Part shown: positions 39,810 through 50,724 of the stretch, in pieces | Layout of the letters: each line of letters starts with the position of its first letter | Numbering within the stretch: position 1 is the stretch's first letter | NCBI GenBank assembly: GCA_965248535.1 | Contig: CBDFJR010000002.1 | Coordinates: 1,408,001-1,472,000, forward strand | Direction: 5' to 3' | Source of the DNA: Phormidesmis sp. | Lineage (GTDB): Bacteria; Cyanobacteriota; Cyanobacteriia; Leptolyngbyales; Leptolyngbyaceae | Length of the DNA stretch: 64,000 nucleotides | Made by a program: the position numbers and the translations under genes | The notes under the pieces: model-generated | What the model was told of the DNA's origin: nothing | The model's input: only the letters and a program-made list of their open reading frames with translations | Database searches by the model: none

Positions 39810-39883
39810 TCTAGGGTTGGGAAAGTTCGGTGAGAGTCCGACGCTGTGCCGCAACTGTGAAAGTCAGAATGCCGATTCTAGGG
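39810..39883 (+). ncRNA. Cobalamin riboswitch (compact) upstream of cobG
   Basis: GGGAAAGTTCGGTG..AGTCCGACGCTGTGCCGCAACTGT...AAGTCAG..TGCC B12-box consensus. Confidence 0.85.
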
Positions 39884-39925
39884 TGACCTTGATTCCCTGC
39901 GTCGCACGGGGAGGAGACTGATCGA

Positions 39926-41383
39926 TTGGTGTTGCCGACTTGTCCGGGGTTATTTTATGGGTCGTCTGCCCAAGATGGAATGCTGGCACGAATGCGGATT
40001 CCGGGCGGAATTCTCACGGCTCAACAGTGTGAGGCGATCGCCGATCTCGCTGATGAGTTTGGGGCAGGCTATGGGCAGGTGACTAATCGCGCCAATGTGC
40101 AGATTCGGGAGATTCATAGCCCGATCGCGCCGCCTGTTTTTGATCACCTCCAGCGATTGGGGTTAGCGGCCCACACCGTCAGTCTTGACCCGATTCGGAA
40201 TATTATGGCGAGTCCGACGGCGGGCATTGATGCTCAGATGCTGATCGACACTCGTCCGTTGGTGAAGAAATTAGACGATTATTTGCAAACTCATCCTGAG
40301 CTAGCGATTTTATCTCCTAAATTTAGCATTTGTTTAGATGGCGGAGAGTCGGTTTCGGTCAGCGATCGCCGCAATGATATCAGCCTGGTGGCTCACAGGT
40401 TGCCATCGTCAGAGATAGGATTTCGAGTCTGTTTGAATGTTGATGGACAGAATTCTGGAGATGTTAATGTTTTCATTCCAGAAAACCAGTGTTTAGAGTT
40501 CATCGCTGCGCTGTCTCAAGTATATCTTGACTATACGCAAAAATATTATTCTGGCAAGGGTCGTAAACCTCGATTTCGTGATCTCTTAGCGGGTTGGTGT
40601 ATTGAGTATTGCTTAGAACAAGTAGAGCATTTGTTAGGATTTTCACTGCAACGAGATGATAGTTCTCTACGATCGCCTTCCCATTCCTATCACCATCTCG
40701 GCATCCATTCTCAGCGTCAATCAGGTTTGTCTTATGTGGGAATCGCGTTGCCGTTGGGTCGTCTAGAATCTTGGCAGTTGAGAAACTTAGCTCAGTTAAT
40801 GCAGGCTGGCGGCACCTTGCGTTTAACTCCGTGGCAGACGATTTTGTTATCTGATGTGGCTGACGATCGCGTGGGTGAGGTAGAGCGCACGATCGCCGAT
40901 TTAGGGCTTCACACCTCAGCGACTCGCGGCGACAGTGCTTTAGTGGCGTGTTCAGGCCGAACCGGATGCGCGTCGGGGCTTACAGACACTCAAACCCAGG
41001 CGTTGAGATGGGTGAAGGAATCAACCATTCAGTTAGATCAGCCGCTTAATCTTCACTTCAGTGGGTGTGAAAAGTCCTGTGCTCAGAAGACTCCCAGCGA
41101 TATAACCCTGGTTGGGATTGAGATGAGAATGGGAAATTCTACGATCGAGGGCTATGACGTTTATGTGGGCACTGGAGAGCAATCGTTTGGGCGGTGGATA
41201 CGATCGGTGAATGCTTCAGAAATTACAAATTTAATCAATCAGATGTTACAAATCTATCAGCAGCAGCGAGTACCAGATGAATCGTTTAAGATGTTTGTGG
41301 ATCGACACTCAATTGATCGATTGCAGCAATGGTTTAAATCAGGCTATCATTCACCTCTCTTATCGCATTTGATCACACGCTGA
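39926..41383 (+). CDS. cobG: Precorrin-3B synthase (nitrite/sulfite reductase fold)
   Basis: CPGLF...DG..ARMRIPGG, ACSGRTGC, HFSGCEKSCA. Confidence 0.88.
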   Translation: MVLPTCPGLFYGSSAQDGMLARMRIPGGILTAQQCEAIADLADEFGAGYGQVTNRANVQIREIHSPIAPPVFDHLQRLGLAAHTVSLDPIRNIMASPTAGIDAQMLIDTRPLVKKLDDYLQTHPELAILSPKFSICLDGGESVSVSDRRNDISLVAHRLPSSEIGFRVCLNVDGQNSGDVNVFIPENQCLEFIAALSQVYLDYTQKYYSGKGRKPRFRDLLAGWCIEYCLEQVEHLLGFSLQRDDSSLRSPSHSYHHLGIHSQRQSGLSYVGIALPLGRLESWQLRNLAQLMQAGGTLRLTPWQTILLSDVADDRVGEVERTIADLGLHTSATRGDSALVACSGRTGCASGLTDTQTQALRWVKESTIQLDQPLNLHFSGCEKSCAQKTPSDITLVGIEMRMGNSTIEGYDVYVGTGEQSFGRWIRSVNASEITNLINQMLQIYQQQRVPDESFKMFVDRHSIDRLQQWFKSGYHSPLLSHLITR

Positions 41384-41388
41384 CGATC

Positions 41389-42018
41389 ATGATTGACTAC
41401 ATTCAAGACGGAATCGAAATCTATCGTCAATCCTTTGCTACGATTCGCTCAGAGGCAAACTTGTCAAGCTTGCCGCCTGATTTAGAACGGGTTGCCGTGC
41501 GGCTGATTCATAGCTGCGGCATGACTGATATTGTGGCCGATTTATCCGCTTCACCCAGAGCCGCGACGGTCGGACGCAACGCCCTGATCGCGGGTGCCCC
41601 CATTCTATGTGATGTTCGCATGGTGGCAGAAGGCGTAACGCGCAAACGACTTCCGGCTAACAATGAGGTGATTTGCACGCTTCAGCATCCCGATACGCCT
41701 AGGCTGGCCGAACAGATGGACACCACCCGATCGGCAGCAGCCCTCGAACTGTGGCGCGATCATTTAGAAGGGGCGATCGTGGCGATCGGCAATGCGCCGA
41801 CGGCTCTATTTCGGCTGTTAGAACTGTTGGATGAAGGCGTGCCCAAACCTGCGCTAATTTTAGGATTTCCGGTGGGGTTTATTGGGGCGGCAGAGTCAAA
41901 AGCAGCGCTGGCCGCCAACAGTCGAGGGGTGCCATTTATCGCTTTGCAGGGGCGACGAGGCGGCAGTGCGATGGCATCGGCGGCGGTGAATGCGTTAGCA
42001 AAAGAGGATGAATTATGA
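41389..42018 (+). CDS. cobH: Precorrin-8X methylmutase
   Basis: IYRQSFATIR, AIGNAPTAL, GRRGGSAMA. Confidence 0.95.
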   Translation: MIDYIQDGIEIYRQSFATIRSEANLSSLPPDLERVAVRLIHSCGMTDIVADLSASPRAATVGRNALIAGAPILCDVRMVAEGVTRKRLPANNEVICTLQHPDTPRLAEQMDTTRSAAALELWRDHLEGAIVAIGNAPTALFRLLELLDEGVPKPALILGFPVGFIGAAESKAALAANSRGVPFIALQGRRGGSAMASAAVNALAKEDEL

Positions 42019-42725
42019 CACAGAAAACGGGTCGGTTGTATGGGTTGGGCATCGGTCCGGGTGACCCAGAATTGTTGACGCTAAAAGCCTATCGAATCTT
42101 GCGATCGGTGCCCGTGATCGCCTATCCCACTATGGAGAATGGCAAGGTTTTGGCACGAGCGATCGTGGCCGATTTTTTGCGTCCAGAACAGATTGAAGTG
42201 CCGATGCCATTGCCGTTTAGCCCGGTGCGATCGTCCCAGCCCTACTATGACATCGCGGCTGAAAAGTTGTCCGAGCATCTCAGCGCTGGCAGAGATGTCG
42301 CCGTGCTGTGTGAGGGCGAACCCTTTTTGTATGGCTCGTTCATGTATCTGTTCAATCGCTTATCATCCAAGTTTGAAACGGAAGTAGTGCCAGGAATCTC
42401 TTCGACGATGGCCAGCGCATCTGCGTTAGGAGTGCCACTCACTTATCGCAACGATGTATTATCGATTATGCCTGCCACTCTCAATGCTGATATCTTGCGC
42501 GATCGCCTTGCCGTTGCAGATGCGGCCGTGATCATTAAACTGGGTAGACACTTCAGCAAGGTGCGAGACGTTTTATCTGAGTTGGGGCTGCTGTCTCGAT
42601 CGTTGTATATCGAGCGCGCCACCATGCCCAATCAGCGCATTGTCCCGATCGCGGAGATCGATGCGGCTGAAGTTCCCTACTGGGCGTTGATTATGATTCC
42701 GAGTCTTCAAACGTCGGTGACATAA
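42015..42725 (+). CDS. cobI: Precorrin-2 C20-methyltransferase
   Basis: GIGPGDPELLTLKA, CEGEP..YGSF. Confidence 0.93.
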   Translation: MTQKTGRLYGLGIGPGDPELLTLKAYRILRSVPVIAYPTMENGKVLARAIVADFLRPEQIEVPMPLPFSPVRSSQPYYDIAAEKLSEHLSAGRDVAVLCEGEPFLYGSFMYLFNRLSSKFETEVVPGISSTMASASALGVPLTYRNDVLSIMPATLNADILRDRLAVADAAVIIKLGRHFSKVRDVLSELGLLSRSLYIERATMPNQRIVPIAEIDAAEVPYWALIMIPSLQTSVT

Positions 42726-44422
42726 TGGCTGTTGCAGTGGTGGTGTTGGGTCAAGCTAGCATTCCGGTAGCCCGACAATTAATGACTGGTTTGCCCGATG
42801 CAACGCTCTATGGGTTGGCAGGGCGAACCCTAGACGTAGATATCTCCTTTAGCGATTTTGGGTCAACCCTGCGAGAATTATTTGCAGCCGGAACCCCGAT
42901 CGTCGGACTGTGTGCGGCCGGAATTTTGATTCGCACGATCGCCCCTCTGCTCTCTGACAAACGCTATGAGCCACCCGTTTTAGCCGTTGCTGAAGACGGC
43001 AGCGCAGTCGTGCCGCTGCTGGGTGGATTGCAGGGCGTGAATGATTTGGCGCGGCAGATTGCAGCCGTTTTGGGCGTTCAGCCTGCGATCACGACGACGG
43101 GCGATCTCCGATTTCGGACGACGCTGCTGAATCCGCCATCGGGCTATCGGTTAGCCAACCCAGACGATGCCAAAACCTTTATTGCTGACTTACTGGCAGG
43201 GTCAACCGTGCGGCTCGAAGGGGTTGCGCCTTGGCTGAGTCAAAGCAAGCTGCCGATCGTGCCTGACGCACCCCTCACCCTGCAAATCACTGACTCTAAA
43301 GGATCTCCAGCCCCCGATCGCTTGGTCTACCATCCGGCAACGTTGGCGATCGCGGTGAGCCATCTATCCGATAGTGAATTCGCGGTTGAATTCGTACAGC
43401 AAATTCTAGACGAGGCCGATCTAGCGATCGCATCCCTGGCAGGAATCTTTGCTTCCACCCACGACATGGGACATCCTGCCCTCGCCGCCCTCGCTCAAGT
43501 CTTGCAGGTGCCGATCCGATTTCTCGATTTGTCTGAGGCTGAAGACCTATCTCTAACGGCAGTTGGAGAATCAGGGCAACTGCTCGTGTCTCAACAAAAA
43601 TTAGGACTGAGTTGCGCGATCGCCCGATCAAGTCAGCCCCTTGATGTAACCACGATCGGCAAACCTCGCGGGCAACTGACGATCGTTGGCACTGGGCCCG
43701 GCGGCGATCTTTGGATGTCTCCCGAAGTTAAAGCCGTGCTGCGATCGGCGACCGATTGGGTCGGCTACAAATTCTATCTTGACCTAGCGGGTTCTCTCCG
43801 AGACGGACAGCAGCGCCACGACTCCGACAATCGCGAAGAACTCGATCGGGCCCGATTTGCTTTAGATCTCGCTGCCACTGGCAAATCAGTCGCGGTGGTT
43901 TCATCTGGCGATCCGGGCATTTTTGCGATGGCGGCGGCGGTGTTTGAAGTGCTAGAGCACGAGGCTAAACCCGACTGGCTGCGGTTAGACATCCAAGTCG
44001 CTCCAGGCATTTCGGCGATGCAGGCGGCGGCGGCTCGGATTGGCGCACCCTTGGGACATGACTTTTGCGCGCTCTCTTTGTCCGATATTCTCAAGCCTTG
44101 GTCAGCGATCGAGCAACGCATCGCCGCCGCCGCTCAAGCCGATTTGGTGATGGCCTTCTACAATCCGATTTCAAAACAGCGCATTTGGCAACTGAGAAAA
44201 GCGCGGGAGATTTTGTTGCAGTGGCGATCGCCCAACACCCCGATCGTTCTAGCACGAAACCTAGGCAGACCCGGAGAATCGGTGCGCGTCTGCACCCTAG
44301 AACAATTCTCGCCCGATGATGTAGATATGCGAACGATCGTGTTAGTGGGATCAAGTCAAACCCGCTCAATTCCTCGTCCCCACGGAGGGGTCTGGGTTTA
44401 CACGCCACGACGCTACCCATGA
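42725..44422 (+). CDS. cobJ: CbiG-CobJ fusion (precorrin-3B C17-methyltransferase)
   Basis: N-terminal DKRYEPPV..PLLGG; C-terminal VSSGDPGIFAMA, GHDFC.LSLSD, YTPRRY. Confidence 0.92.
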   Translation: MAVAVVVLGQASIPVARQLMTGLPDATLYGLAGRTLDVDISFSDFGSTLRELFAAGTPIVGLCAAGILIRTIAPLLSDKRYEPPVLAVAEDGSAVVPLLGGLQGVNDLARQIAAVLGVQPAITTTGDLRFRTTLLNPPSGYRLANPDDAKTFIADLLAGSTVRLEGVAPWLSQSKLPIVPDAPLTLQITDSKGSPAPDRLVYHPATLAIAVSHLSDSEFAVEFVQQILDEADLAIASLAGIFASTHDMGHPALAALAQVLQVPIRFLDLSEAEDLSLTAVGESGQLLVSQQKLGLSCAIARSSQPLDVTTIGKPRGQLTIVGTGPGGDLWMSPEVKAVLRSATDWVGYKFYLDLAGSLRDGQQRHDSDNREELDRARFALDLAATGKSVAVVSSGDPGIFAMAAAVFEVLEHEAKPDWLRLDIQVAPGISAMQAAAARIGAPLGHDFCALSLSDILKPWSAIEQRIAAAAQADLVMAFYNPISKQRIWQLRKAREILLQWRSPNTPIVLARNLGRPGESVRVCTLEQFSPDDVDMRTIVLVGSSQTRSIPRPHGGVWVYTPRRYP

Positions 44423-44511
44423 CTCAAGTTTTTCTGGCGGTGCCATCCATCGACGCAAGAATTTCGCTAAGGTCATAGGAGATATTTGCAGCGATCGCTT
44501 GTCTCGACTCT

Positions 44512-45549
44512 ATGACTGATCCCTCTGCTTCTGACCCGACCTTGCCCACCTATGCTGACATCCAATCCGCCGCCCAGCGGCTGTCAGGCAACGCTCACCG
44601 CACGCCAGTTTTGACTTCCACCACGGTCAATCAACGCACTAAAAGCCAGGTTTTCTTTAAATGCGAAAACTTTCAGCGCACGGGTTCCTTTAAATTCCGG
44701 GGAGCCTTTAATGCGCTTTCGCACCTGTCTGCTGATCAGAAAAAACGCGGCGTGATCGCCTTTTCTTCGGGCAATCATGCTCAAGCATTAGCCCGATCGG
44801 GCCAGCTTCTCGATATCCCGGTCACGATCGTTATGCCCCAGGATGCCCCAGCCGTCAAGCAAGCAGCCACCCGCGAGTATGGGGCAGACCTAATTTTCTA
44901 CGATCGGGCCACCCAAATACGAGAAGCGATCGTTCAACAAATTGCCGAGGAGCGATCGCTGACCTTGATTCCGCCCTTTGACTATGGGCCCGTGATTGCC
45001 GGACAGGGCACCACCGCCAAAGAACTGATCGAAGAAGTGGGCCCGTTGGATCTGTTGCTGGTTTGCTGTGGGGGCGGCGGACTGCTGTCAGGCTGCGCGA
45101 TCGCCACTGATGCCCTAGCTCCAAACTGCCAAATTGTCGGCGTTGAGCCAAAGCGGGCCGATGACGCGACCCGATCGTTCTATAGCAGAACCCTGCAAGT
45201 GGTCGAAGATCCCCAAACGATCGCCGATGGTGCTCGAACGCGATCGCTGGGTCACCTTACCTTTCCGCTCATTTTGAATTATGTCGATGACATGGTAACG
45301 GTGTCTGATGCGGCGCTCTCACGGACGATGCTCTTTTTATGGGAGCGCCTCAAAATTGTAGTAGAACCCACCGGAGCGTTAGCGGCAGCAGCTTTACTAG
45401 AAGGAATCATCGCTTTACCCAATGCCCGAATTGGCGTGATCATCAGTGGCGGCAATGTAGATCTCAAAGAAGCCAGCAAGCTCTTTGCTAAAACCACCGC
45501 TAAACAGAAGACATCCCAGCGCCTGCCGCTTGCCCAAGAACTGAGCTAA
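44512..45549 (+). CDS. PLP-dependent Ser/Thr dehydratase-family ammonia-lyase
   Basis: KCENFQRTGSFKFRGA, SSGNHAQA, GGGGL, SGGNVD. Confidence 0.9.
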   Translation: MTDPSASDPTLPTYADIQSAAQRLSGNAHRTPVLTSTTVNQRTKSQVFFKCENFQRTGSFKFRGAFNALSHLSADQKKRGVIAFSSGNHAQALARSGQLLDIPVTIVMPQDAPAVKQAATREYGADLIFYDRATQIREAIVQQIAEERSLTLIPPFDYGPVIAGQGTTAKELIEEVGPLDLLLVCCGGGGLLSGCAIATDALAPNCQIVGVEPKRADDATRSFYSRTLQVVEDPQTIADGARTRSLGHLTFPLILNYVDDMVTVSDAALSRTMLFLWERLKIVVEPTGALAAAALLEGIIALPNARIGVIISGGNVDLKEASKLFAKTTAKQKTSQRLPLAQELS

Positions 45550-45594
45550 CGATCGAGATCAACTAACATCACCGACCCGATTGAGTCCACGATC

Positions 45595-46254
45595 CTAATC
45601 AGATTCAGCGATCGACGATAGAGGATCATCCACGATCGGCAAATTTGGGGTCATCGCTAACGGTTCATCGGGCATCAGAGGCGGCACAATTTGGTTAACG
45701 GGCAGACCCAACACTGAGAAAGCTGGCAGGATTTGCTCCACGGCAAACGGTTGAGTAGCTGCAAACGTTTGATCGCTGACCAGCAGCACCCGACCCACAC
45801 TCAGCGGAACTTGCAGAAACAGATTGCTAGCCAGAAATGCGATCGCCGCCATCACGAGACCCAACCCTCGCCCTGCAAACGGCGTGACATTAGCCGCGAT
45901 CGGAGCGATCCCATAAATCTGTTTTAACAGCACCAGCAGCACCAGCGCCCCCGTCCCGATCCACACCGGGCTGCGACGAGTTTTAAACAGAGTTAGAATG
46001 CGACGCTGATCATCGCTCAACCGCTCAGGTTTAAGCGCGATAAATACCAAACTAAAAATATAAAAAGGTTTCTGCCACTGCATCCACACAATGGGCGCAA
46101 TGCCAACGATCGCCACCAATCCTAACTCTAACCAGACGGGCAAAAGGGGGTCACCCACCGCCAGTCCTAGGAGGCAAACCGCCAAACAGAGCGGAACGGC
46201 TGCCACACCCGCCGCATGAATCCAAAGGTAGGGATCAGACCAGAAAGCACGCAT
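45595..46254 (-). CDS. Conserved cyanobacterial membrane protein
   Basis: Four hydrophobic segments; FWSDPYLWIH start. Confidence 0.8.
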   Translation of the reverse strand: MRAFWSDPYLWIHAAGVAAVPLCLAVCLLGLAVGDPLLPVWLELGLVAIVGIAPIVWMQWQKPFYIFSLVFIALKPERLSDDQRRILTLFKTRRSPVWIGTGALVLLVLLKQIYGIAPIAANVTPFAGRGLGLVMAAIAFLASNLFLQVPLSVGRVLLVSDQTFAATQPFAVEQILPAFSVLGLPVNQIVPPLMPDEPLAMTPNLPIVDDPLSSIAESD

Positions 46255-46339
46255 AACTCACACCTACTTAAACCCATCACTCATTCTAGGAGGTGTGGGG
46301 CGTAGGGTGTGAGTTATTGAAAAAGGCCAATGGTTAAGA

Positions 46340-46567
46340 TTAGCTAATTGCCTGGTCTCGTTGTTGTTTAAGACTTTGTAACTGATGCAGCAAAGACTCA
46401 GTTTCAGCGTGAAGATTAAGAAACTTGGTCTGCTGCTCGGCCTGATAGAGAGCCTTCATCTTTTCTAGCGATCGGGCCCACTCTTGATCAGAGATGGCAG
46501 CAGGCTCTGGGCGCTGTTCGCAAATGGCGGTGTTGCTAAACTGACTAGTTGAATTTTTCGTTGTCAT
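46340..46567 (-). CDS. Hypothetical protein
   Basis: YQAEQQTKFLNLHAETESLL helical ORF. Confidence 0.65.
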   Translation of the reverse strand: MTTKNSTSQFSNTAICEQRPEPAAISDQEWARSLEKMKALYQAEQQTKFLNLHAETESLLHQLQSLKQQRDQAIS

Positions 46568-46785
46568 AGTTTGTAGAAATTTGTACTTACTCACACCGAA
46601 AATTTATATTAACCTAAACTTTACACGACATTGTATCGAAGTGTTCCATTTTAATGACTGGCGACCAGTTTTCTGAGTTCCTCCCTTGACCCAAGATCAG
46701 ACTGAACCCTGTAGAAGAAACCAGTCTCACCGACCCTCTGTAGTAGACTAAGATCTACACTTATTGCATTCAACGATTCAACCCT

Positions 46786-47898
46786 GTGACTTTAAGTCTG
46801 TCTGTTCAAGATGACTCCCTTCACGAGGCGATGCCCAAAGTTCAAAACTGGCGTGGCTTAATTGAGGGCTATCGGCGCTATTTGCCCGTAACCGACAAAA
46901 CGCCAGTGATTACACTGCATGAGGGCAACACGCCCCTGATTCCGGCCCCTGCGATCGCGGCTCAGATCGGGCGGCAGGTAAAGGTGTTTGTAAAATATGA
47001 CGGTCTCAACCCGACAGGCAGCTTTAAAGATCGCGGCATGACGATGGCCCTTTCTAAAGCCAAAGAAGCCGGGGCAGAAGCCGTAATTTGTGCCAGCACG
47101 GGCAACACTTCAGCAGCAGCAGCAGCCTATGCGCGTCGCGGGGGGATGCGGGCATTTGTGCTGATCCCCGATGGCTATGTCGCGTTGGGAAAACTGGCGC
47201 AAGCGTTGCTCTATGGTGCCGAAGTTTTAGCCATTCAGGGCAACTTCGATCGGGCTTTAGAAATCGTGCGCGAGATGTCACAAAATTATCCCGTCACCCT
47301 AGTCAACTCCCTCAACCCCTATCGCCTCGAAGGTCAAAAAACGGCGGCCTTTGAAGTCGTGGATGTCTTAGGCGACGCACCCGATTGGCTGTGCATTCCC
47401 GTCGGCAACGCGGGCAACATCAGCGCTTATTGGATGGGCTTTTGCCAATATCACCAAGAAGGGCGCTGCACCAAGCTGCCTAAGATGATGGGTTTTCAGG
47501 CGGCAGGCGCGGCCCCGATCGTCAAGGGTCATATCTTCAGCCACCCTGAAACGCTGGCCACAGCCATTCGCATTGGCAACCCTGCCAATTGGCAAAAAGC
47601 CCTGGCCGTCCAAGACTCCAGCAAGGGTGAGTTTAACGCGGTCACCGATGAAGAGATTCTCAACGCCTATCGTCTGTTGGCTTCTGGTGAAGGCATTTTT
47701 TGCGAACCTGCCAGCGCGGCCTCGGTCGCGGGGTTACTCAAGGTCAAAGATCAAGTGCCGACGGGAGCAACGGTGGTCTGTGTCCTGACTGGAAACGGAC
47801 TCAAAGATCCTGACACGGCCATTCAGCACAGTCAAAACCAATTTAAGCAAGGCATTGCGCCAGATCTACAGACCGTCGCCAAAGCGATGGGGTTCTAG
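46786..47898 (+). CDS. thrC: Threonine synthase
   Basis: [40 protein letters not shown]. Confidence 0.96.
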   Translation: MTLSLSVQDDSLHEAMPKVQNWRGLIEGYRRYLPVTDKTPVITLHEGNTPLIPAPAIAAQIGRQVKVFVKYDGLNPTGSFKDRGMTMALSKAKEAGAEAVICASTGNTSAAAAAYARRGGMRAFVLIPDGYVALGKLAQALLYGAEVLAIQGNFDRALEIVREMSQNYPVTLVNSLNPYRLEGQKTAAFEVVDVLGDAPDWLCIPVGNAGNISAYWMGFCQYHQEGRCTKLPKMMGFQAAGAAPIVKGHIFSHPETLATAIRIGNPANWQKALAVQDSSKGEFNAVTDEEILNAYRLLASGEGIFCEPASAASVAGLLKVKDQVPTGATVVCVLTGNGLKDPDTAIQHSQNQFKQGIAPDLQTVAKAMGF

Positions 47899-47903
47899 AG
47901 ATT

Positions 47904-48350
47904 TTAGGACGCTGCTTTTTGGGCTTTGGTCAACATATCTACCGTGTCTCCTAGGGCAGTCGTCAGGTTTTTGCGAGTTTGAGTATGCTCGGCTTGCTCG
48001 GCTTTAAGGTCTTGAGCGAGTCGATCGTGCTCTGCCCAAAGTTCGAGGAGTTTGGCTTTGAGTTGCTCAACCGTCGTCAGCGAGTCGATCGAGCGTTCTA
48101 AAACGGGCTGAGAAGCGACCCTTGCTGAAGACTGGGGCAACGTTTGAAGCTGGGCGATTTCAGATTTGAGCGCCTCGATCGTTTGTCGGGTCAGCAGGGC
48201 TTCGGTGCGTCGTTGCTGCGCTTCGGTCTCATAGAGCTTTCGCCAACTGTCTGCACTGGCATTGGCAGCATCTTGCGCGGTTTGGGCGGCCTGCAACTTT
48301 TGCTTGAGATCTTGGATTTCATTGAGCCACTGCACCACTTGATCCGCCAT
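47904..48350 (-). CDS. Coiled-coil hypothetical protein
   Basis: 148-aa helical ORF. Confidence 0.7.
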   Translation of the reverse strand: MADQVVQWLNEIQDLKQKLQAAQTAQDAANASADSWRKLYETEAQQRRTEALLTRQTIEALKSEIAQLQTLPQSSARVASQPVLERSIDSLTTVEQLKAKLLELWAEHDRLAQDLKAEQAEHTQTRKNLTTALGDTVDMLTKAQKAAS

Positions 48351-48416
48351 TTTCTTCTCTCCTATAAAATTAAGTGCGGGTCGCTGCCCAAATTGTCTCT
48401 GATTGAGATGAATTCA

Positions 48417-49631
48417 TCACTGCGGAATGGATTGCACAAAGTCTAGCAACTGGTGCGCCATCTGCAATTTGCTGCCGATCGGACTCACGACTTGACGACC
48501 CGATCGATCCAGAAACACCGCCTGATTTGTATCGACTCCAAAGCCGCTATCTGGCTGATCGATGGGATTGGCCACGATCGCATCCAGATTCTTGCGCTGC
48601 AACTTCTCTAAAGCGGGCGTGATGATGTCGCCTGACTGAGCCGCAAACCCGATCAGTCGTTGATGAGGCTGCTTGAGCGTTGCTAACTCTGCGACAATAT
48701 CGGGCACTGGGGTGAGAGACAAGCGATCGGGCAATTCTTTTTTGGCTAATTTTTTAGAACTGTAAGCGGCAGGTTTGACATCAGCCACCGCCGCCGCCAT
48801 GACAATCCAATCTGCGTTTGGAAGACCCTCGCGCATGGCTTGCTGCATCTCTGCCGCGCTAATCGTTGGGATCAGGCGAACATTGCGAAGAGGAGCCAGC
48901 AAATACGGCGCGATCGGGGCATGAACTACTGTGACGATCGCCCCTCGATGCAGCGCTGCCTGAGCCAATGCCAGCCCCATTTTCCCCGTCGAAGGATTGC
49001 CAATAAACCGCACCGGGTCGAGAAATTCTTGGGTGCCGCCAGCGCTGATCAGAATTCGCTTCCCGGTTAAATCTCGATTGCCGTGAGTGTAGAGCAGCGA
49101 AGCGATTTGCGGCAAAAGTTCTTCGGGTTCTGCCATGCGCCCAGTGCCGACCCGATCGCACGCCAAAATACCCTCACCTGGATCGGCAACGTGATAACGC
49201 CGATCGGTCTGAATCTGTCGCCAATTTCGCTGTACGCTTTGCTGATTCCACATATCTGTGTTCATCGCGGGGGACAGCAGCACCGGACAGGTTGAAGCCA
49301 ACACGGTGTTAGTCAGCAGGTTATCTGCCATGCCGTGAGCCAGTTTAGCCAACGTATTGGCGGTGAGCGGCGCGATCACAAACACGTCTGCCCATTCACC
49401 GAGAGCGATGTGAAGTGGACGATCGTGGGTCGGTTGCCAAAAAGAATCGTCAGTGTGAGCCGCACGGCGGCTGAGGGTGGCAAACGTCAACGGAGTCACA
49501 AAAGCTTTGGCAGCATCGGTGAGAATCACCTGCACATCTGCCCCGGCTTTGGCTAGCGTCGAGACCACCGCACAGACTTTGTAGGCAGCGATGCCGCCAC
49601 CTACGCCAATTAAAATGCGCTTACCCTGCAT
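48417..49631 (-). CDS. coaBC: Phosphopantothenoylcysteine decarboxylase/ligase
   Basis: [35 protein letters not shown]. Confidence 0.96.
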   Translation of the reverse strand: MQGKRILIGVGGGIAAYKVCAVVSTLAKAGADVQVILTDAAKAFVTPLTFATLSRRAAHTDDSFWQPTHDRPLHIALGEWADVFVIAPLTANTLAKLAHGMADNLLTNTVLASTCPVLLSPAMNTDMWNQQSVQRNWRQIQTDRRYHVADPGEGILACDRVGTGRMAEPEELLPQIASLLYTHGNRDLTGKRILISAGGTQEFLDPVRFIGNPSTGKMGLALAQAALHRGAIVTVVHAPIAPYLLAPLRNVRLIPTISAAEMQQAMREGLPNADWIVMAAAVADVKPAAYSSKKLAKKELPDRLSLTPVPDIVAELATLKQPHQRLIGFAAQSGDIITPALEKLQRKNLDAIVANPIDQPDSGFGVDTNQAVFLDRSGRQVVSPIGSKLQMAHQLLDFVQSIPQ

Positions 49632-49640
49632 GTCAAGACT

Positions 49641-49853
49641 CTAGGCTTCGTCAAACGATTCTAGATCTAAGAGATAGAGATAGGGTTCGACCAAGGCGGG
49701 GCGTTGGAAGGCAATCGCCCGCAGCAAATGCCAATCGTTTAGCCCGTCAAACACATTATCATAGTCATCTTGCTCTAGTCGGGTAGCCAGTTCTGCTACT
49801 TCAACTTCGGTCAATTTGGCGACCGTTACCTGTTCAATATTTAAAGTCGTCAT
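49641..49853 (-). CDS. DUF2555-like small cyanobacterial protein
   Basis: LATRLEQDDY...GLNDWHLLRAIA. Confidence 0.75.
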   Translation of the reverse strand: MTTLNIEQVTVAKLTEVEVAELATRLEQDDYDNVFDGLNDWHLLRAIAFQRPALVEPYLYLLDLESFDEA

Positions 49854-49985
49854 CTTCTGTGCCTCCCTCAAGCTGTTCTTGCATGTTAGCCAACTTCAGA
49901 CACCCTAACCCATCTTCTCGCATGAAATGTTACTTCAAGGTTGGTGAGACTGCTGAACCGTAACGTTTCAAGTCGTTTCTTGGGG

Positions 49986-50624
49986 TTATCTCAAGACGGT
50001 TTGAATGAATAGTTGCATCTGATGGAGAATGAGCGGGGAAATTTCGTGTCCCATATCAAATTCTTCATAGGCGATCGTGGCCCCTAGCGTGGAGAGGCGA
50101 TCGCGAGCACTGCGAGCCGCTGACACGGGCACAACGGGATCTTGTCTGCCATGCACCATCAAAATCGGGGGATAGGAAACCTCTGGAGGCGAGACGGCTC
50201 CGTGCAGATAGCCACTCAGCACCATCAACCCCGCTAGGGGCAAGTGCAGCCCCACATCTAGGGTCATGGCACCCCCTTGAGAAAAGCCGCCCAACAGGGT
50301 CTGAGAAAGCGGCACTCCAGTATTAGCCGCGAGGGAGTTGAGCCAGTCTGTGAGCAGATTTCGGCTGGTGACTAAATCAGTTTGAGTGCTGATATCTGTG
50401 CCAAAGCTCATATTATTTGACAGGTTGTACCACATCTTGCCGCCACTGCCGTAGGGGTGAGCAAAGGGGGCATCGGGCACCATGAATTGCACATCGGGCA
50501 GTTCTAACATTGAGCAAAGAAATGCCACATCTTGAGCATTTGCGCCCCAGCCGTGCAGCACTACGATTAAGCCAGTGGGAGGGTTGCCAGATTTTGGAGG
50601 AATCGCGATCGTGTTTAGGGACAC
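49986..50624 (-). CDS. Alpha/beta hydrolase (carboxylesterase/phospholipase)
   Basis: LHGWG, GFSQG, HG..D.VV, MGHEI. Confidence 0.92.
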   Translation of the reverse strand: MSLNTIAIPPKSGNPPTGLIVVLHGWGANAQDVAFLCSMLELPDVQFMVPDAPFAHPYGSGGKMWYNLSNNMSFGTDISTQTDLVTSRNLLTDWLNSLAANTGVPLSQTLLGGFSQGGAMTLDVGLHLPLAGLMVLSGYLHGAVSPPEVSYPPILMVHGRQDPVVPVSAARSARDRLSTLGATIAYEEFDMGHEISPLILHQMQLFIQTVLR

Positions 50625-50724
50625 AGGTTTTATCTCGCCATCAACCCTACTAATTTACGATAATCGGGGCATTGCTTATCCATTGCAGGTTGAGCAACGT
50701 ATCATTTAAGTCGTTTCTCTGAGT

